From Candidatus Binatia bacterium (GTDB lineage: Bacteria; Desulfobacterota; Binatia; Bin18), in NCBI GenBank assembly GCA_963664395.2, contig OY761159.2, positions 832,001-896,000 on the forward strand: a stretch of DNA of 64,000 bases. The letters are read 5' to 3'. Positions 60,719 to 64,000 of this stretch are shown one piece after another. The notes under the pieces are model-generated. The model had not been told where the DNA came from, did no database searches, and saw nothing but the letters and a program-made list of their open reading frames with translations. The position numbers and the translations under genes are program-made. How positions within the stretch are numbered: the first letter of the stretch is position 1; each line of letters begins with the position of its first letter.

Positions 60719-60753
60719 CGAACAGTAGGGGCACGGCACGCCCCTACTGTTCG
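60719..60753. terminator. Perfect 14-bp hairpin between convergent genes (REP-like core)
   Basis: CGAACAGTAGGGGC-acggcac-GCCCCTACTGTTCG. Confidence 0.7.
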
Positions 60754-61586
60754 TATTTTTTCCCAATCTCCATTGCTTCCGGTACACCGAGCAGATCGGT
60801 CAACTCCTCAAACGACTCCCAGCCTGCATCCTGAGCGATGCTGCCCGTTGTTTTGAGTTCCCGCATGGCATCCCGCATGCGGATGTACGCCGCCATCAGT
60901 GTTGCGGAATAAATCGTCAGCTTAAAACCGAATTTTGCGAGCTCCTGAACAGGCAGCAGTTGCCCGTTGTACAGGAGAGGCAGATCGCCGAGCTCCTGGA
61001 CGTAGCGCTCGATATCGTCGTGCGTTTTGATCCCGTCTACAAAGATGAGATCGGCGCCGGCCTCCCGGTACGCCCTGGCACGCTGGATGACATCTTCCCA
61101 GCCATTGACCGCCAAAGCATCAGTCCGGGCGATAATCACGAAATCTTCACTGCGGCGGGCATCGCACGCCGCTTGGACTTTCGGGACCATGTCTGCCAGG
61201 GGGATGACTTGCTTCCCGGACAAAAATCCACACCGTTTAGGCCACACCTGATCTTCCATGTGCAGCGCAGCAGCTCCCGCAGCTTCATATTCGCGTACGG
61301 TCCGGTACACGTTCACTGGGTTGCCATAGCCCGTGTCCGCATCGCACACCAGCGGAATATCAATGGCGTTCGCAATAAAGCGAACATTTTCGACCATCTC
61401 AGCCATGGTCAGCAGCCCCACATCCGGGAACCCGCGTGAGGCTGCCGTCCCGAATCCAGTCATATACACGGTCTGGAACCCGGCGGCTTGGGCGATCTTG
61501 GCCTGAAACGCGTCAAAGATGAATGGTGCAACGACCATCTCAGAACTGTTGAGCAGAGCGCGAAGACGGGCTGCAGTACTCGGCAT
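60744..61586 (-). CDS. Isocitrate lyase / PEP mutase family enzyme (PrpB-like)
   Basis: PDVGLLT, DADTGYG, EDQ..PKRCG, IIARTDA, AGADLIF. Confidence 0.92.
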   Translation of the reverse strand: MPSTAARLRALLNSSEMVVAPFIFDAFQAKIAQAAGFQTVYMTGFGTAASRGFPDVGLLTMAEMVENVRFIANAIDIPLVCDADTGYGNPVNVYRTVREYEAAGAAALHMEDQVWPKRCGFLSGKQVIPLADMVPKVQAACDARRSEDFVIIARTDALAVNGWEDVIQRARAYREAGADLIFVDGIKTHDDIERYVQELGDLPLLYNGQLLPVQELAKFGFKLTIYSATLMAAYIRMRDAMRELKTTGSIAQDAGWESFEELTDLLGVPEAMEIGKKYEQ

Positions 61587-61639
61587 GGCTTCCTCCTTGG
61601 GCATGCGGTTTTTCAGGGCGGCGGGTGAGTCGGTGCCCC

Positions 61640-62224
61640 CTACCACTCGGTCCGCGCCGGCGGTAAGGCCCCACTCGGACTTGGCGCATCAAAGAACCCC
61701 TCACCAGCCTGCTCACCGCGTCGCAGATACCGCTTGAGGAGCCGCTCGGAACGCTTGAGGAGTTCGTGCTTGCCCCGAAAGACTTGTTCACTCACCCATT
61801 CGTTCCGTATCCAACAGTCGAACGAAGCCTCCTCAATAAAATTGAATTCCATCAGGATACCAAGTTCCTGGGTATCGGCCACGATGGCGCGGAGCGAGAG
61901 ACCCGAGTCCACAATGGCGCCGCGTACATTCGGCGGGAGTGGCAGGGCTCGCTTGATCTTATCAATCTCCCGTTGAGAAGACTTTTTTTCAAGCAAGGCC
62001 ACATAGCCCCATTCACCGGGGGCGGGGTCAGCCTCAGCTAAGAGTTTCGCATTCAGGTCGGTCAAATTCTTTTCAGCCTGGACTTGGTCGTAATCCTCGA
62101 CTGTCTTAAAAAACGACGCCCCGGCCGGGGCCGGCCCTTCAGTCTGCTTCGCCCGCTCACGGCTTTTGTGCTCCTCCACCCACCACTCATTCTCCTTTGG
62201 AGCCTTTTTATTTCTCTCCGCCAT
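61640..62224 (-). CDS. Hypothetical protein
   Basis: 194 aa ORF with RBS AAGGA, co-oriented with neighbours. Confidence 0.65.
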   Translation of the reverse strand: MAERNKKAPKENEWWVEEHKSRERAKQTEGPAPAGASFFKTVEDYDQVQAEKNLTDLNAKLLAEADPAPGEWGYVALLEKKSSQREIDKIKRALPLPPNVRGAIVDSGLSLRAIVADTQELGILMEFNFIEEASFDCWIRNEWVSEQVFRGKHELLKRSERLLKRYLRRGEQAGEGFFDAPSPSGALPPARTEW

Positions 62225-62260
62225 AAGAGTCCTTCTTTCCGAAGAAATCGGCTGTGACCG

Positions 62261-62893
62261 TTATTGGGCCGGTAGCAGATACGAAAAGCCGGCCGTAAAG
62301 CTATGCGTATTCAACCCCCGGTTTTCATCGTACAGGCTCGCATTCGAGGCATGCCGAAAACGATACCCAAAGTTAACGGCCAGATTGTCGTCAAGAAAAT
62401 ACGTTGCGCCGCCGCCCACCATCTCGGCAAAAGTCATTCCGCCACCAAAATCATAGCCCTGAAAATCATGATACATGACCCCCAGGCCACCCTCGATATA
62501 GGGGTAGAGCGGGACGCCAAGATCGACAAGATCAAAGTGATAGGTCAACACCGGCAGCATCAGTCCGACTTCAAAAGAGCCTTTGCGGCGCTCAAGCGCT
62601 CCTCCCTGTGACTTTTGCGTCACAAGAGAGCCAAAGGGCTCGGTTGCAATTTCGAGCGAACCTTTTGGCAGAAACCATTTTGAACCCTTAAAAGCAGTAT
62701 AGCCAATGCGTAAATGCACGGGGACCTTTTCGATTTTCTGGGACCCGGAGTCCGCGCTAATCGTGTAGCCGGACTGCATTCCAAATGACCACGTACCTTT
62801 ATTCGGTAAATCGTTCGCCCATACGGATGAACTCACCAGCCCCAGCAGCCCACCCACCACGGCCATGACCCGCTTCGCCTGTTTTATCGTCAT
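62261..62893 (-). CDS. Acyloxyacyl hydrolase / PagL-like outer-membrane beta-barrel
   Basis: Signal peptide, PYIEGG.G, YRFRHASNA, N.GLN. Confidence 0.82.
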   Translation of the reverse strand: MTIKQAKRVMAVVGGLLGLVSSSVWANDLPNKGTWSFGMQSGYTISADSGSQKIEKVPVHLRIGYTAFKGSKWFLPKGSLEIATEPFGSLVTQKSQGGALERRKGSFEVGLMLPVLTYHFDLVDLGVPLYPYIEGGLGVMYHDFQGYDFGGGMTFAEMVGGGATYFLDDNLAVNFGYRFRHASNASLYDENRGLNTHSFTAGFSYLLPAQ

Positions 62894-62951
62894 ACTTTCA
62901 TCCCCTTTTTGCATCCCCTTTTTGCATCCCCTACTTGCACTGTGGCACGCC

Positions 62952-63428
62952 CTATCCTCCTGTGCACTCCCCCGAGACCTGCAAGCCTGTTTCAACAAAG
63001 TCCTTGCGTGTGTCGTCCCAGCCAAACGCCTTTATGGTTCTCACCTCACGCGCATGGATCGAGATAACCAGATACGATGTCTCCGGATAGGATGGTTCAT
63101 CACCGAACATAGCTTGGGTCTTATCTTCAGCGGAAAAATAGGCGTCATGGTTGGGATGAGAATGGTAGAAGGCGGTCAGCTCGACCCGCCCCTCATCAAC
63201 AGCCTTGACAACAGCAAAAAGCTCTTTGGGCTCCATGAAATACGCAATTGAGGCATCCCGAGGATAGGTATGCGGGTCCTTCTCATGCATGGCATTCTGG
63301 ACATTGGTAATACGGTGGACTTCCTCACGCCCGTCAACGGTCACAATTGCCCCGCAACACTCATCCGGAAATATCTCCCGGGCATGCTGACTAATGGCTG
63401 CTTGAGTCTCAGGCTTGAGTTGCAACAC
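62952..63428 (-). CDS. M67 / JAMM-family metallopeptidase (Mec-like)
   Basis: PDECCG, YHSHP...AYFS..D. Confidence 0.9.
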   Translation of the reverse strand: MLQLKPETQAAISQHAREIFPDECCGAIVTVDGREEVHRITNVQNAMHEKDPHTYPRDASIAYFMEPKELFAVVKAVDEGRVELTAFYHSHPNHDAYFSAEDKTQAMFGDEPSYPETSYLVISIHAREVRTIKAFGWDDTRKDFVETGLQVSGECTGG

Positions 63429-63544
63429 CCTTCCGTTTCCCTTTCCTCGTAAAACCAACTTTTGGATTATGGCGGGCTAGTTGAGAAAAGTCAAAATGGC
63501 TGACTGCTATGCCCCAGAGCAGATCACGATGCTGTGTAGCCGCC

Positions 63545-63620
63545 CGTCGTTCCTGCGAAAGCAGGAATCCAGGTCCCCGACTCCCCGGCCTCTGGATGCC
63601 GGATCACGTCCGGCATGACG
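63545..63620. repeat. Compound palindromic intergenic element
   Basis: TTCCTGCGAAAGCAGGAA and TGCCGGATCACGTCCGGCA hairpins, inner TCCAG/CTGGA pairing, outer CGTC/GACG. Confidence 0.75.
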
Positions 63621-64000
63621 AGCGCGTACTGGCACGGCTACAGACTAGCGTGAAATGCCCTAGCCCGTTCCCTATGGAGTCGTATCCCATACTTTGATCT
63701 CGCACTTTGATCTCGTGGCTCGCTCAATGTCGTTGCTCTTTCTTCTTACGCAGCTATAGTGACGCGAATTCCGGGAAGGAGCTGAGTAGATCGATGCTAA
63801 TAAAAAAAGAGAGTGGGAGATGACTGAACAGAAAGCTGGGTATTCTCTTATTGAAGATCCCCCCCCCAACAAGGAAGTGGTGGAGACTGGGGAGGAAGAA
63901 AAGCCCGTAAAAAAATGTTGAAAATTTTATGAGCATTATGATAAGCAAGAGACAAATAGGAAGTAGCAGATTTTAAGAGGGAAGGGATACGATGGGTGAG

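Noticed and set aside
63870-63900. GTGGTG/CTGGGG motifs resembling MraZ boxes in an AT-rich region at the window end
   Set aside because: Only two imperfect units and the downstream gene is outside the window

Overview
Bacterial chromosomal window of moderately high GC, resembling a deltaproteobacterial/Binatia-type genome (inference from gene content only). Positions ~1-21.7 kb are an accessory region bracketed by two inverted copies of a defective IS5-family element that are identical over the visible 240 bp. It holds a BKACE - MoxR AAA+ - vWA operon, a second IS5, an amidohydrolase - DUF1302 - DUF1329 - YCF48-like - RND operon, a Gld-type ABC system and an hpaB remnant, and is followed by an IS630. 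The rest carries the tetrapyrrole operon (sirC-ccsA-hemA-hemC-cobA/hemD-hemB), an MltD-like LysM transglycosylase, a variant ergothioneine operon, an M14 carboxypeptidase, Mrr, a LuxE/LuxC pair and many single metabolic genes. Three observations stand out. (1) The MoxR gene ends on an A9 slippery run (A AAA AAG), and the -1 frame is open from there, with no start codon for ~80 codons, straight into the vWA domain. This is a candidate programmed frameshift giving both a free AAA+ subunit and an AAA+-vWA fusion. (2) The egtCBD operon has an ATP-grasp ligase and an asparaginase-family enzyme where egtA and egtE would normally be. (3) The YCF48-like propeller carries an inserted ~45 aa segment resembling an RNA polymerase beta' module. 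No rRNA, tRNA or CRISPR array was recognised. All family calls come from motif recognition by eye, not database searches.
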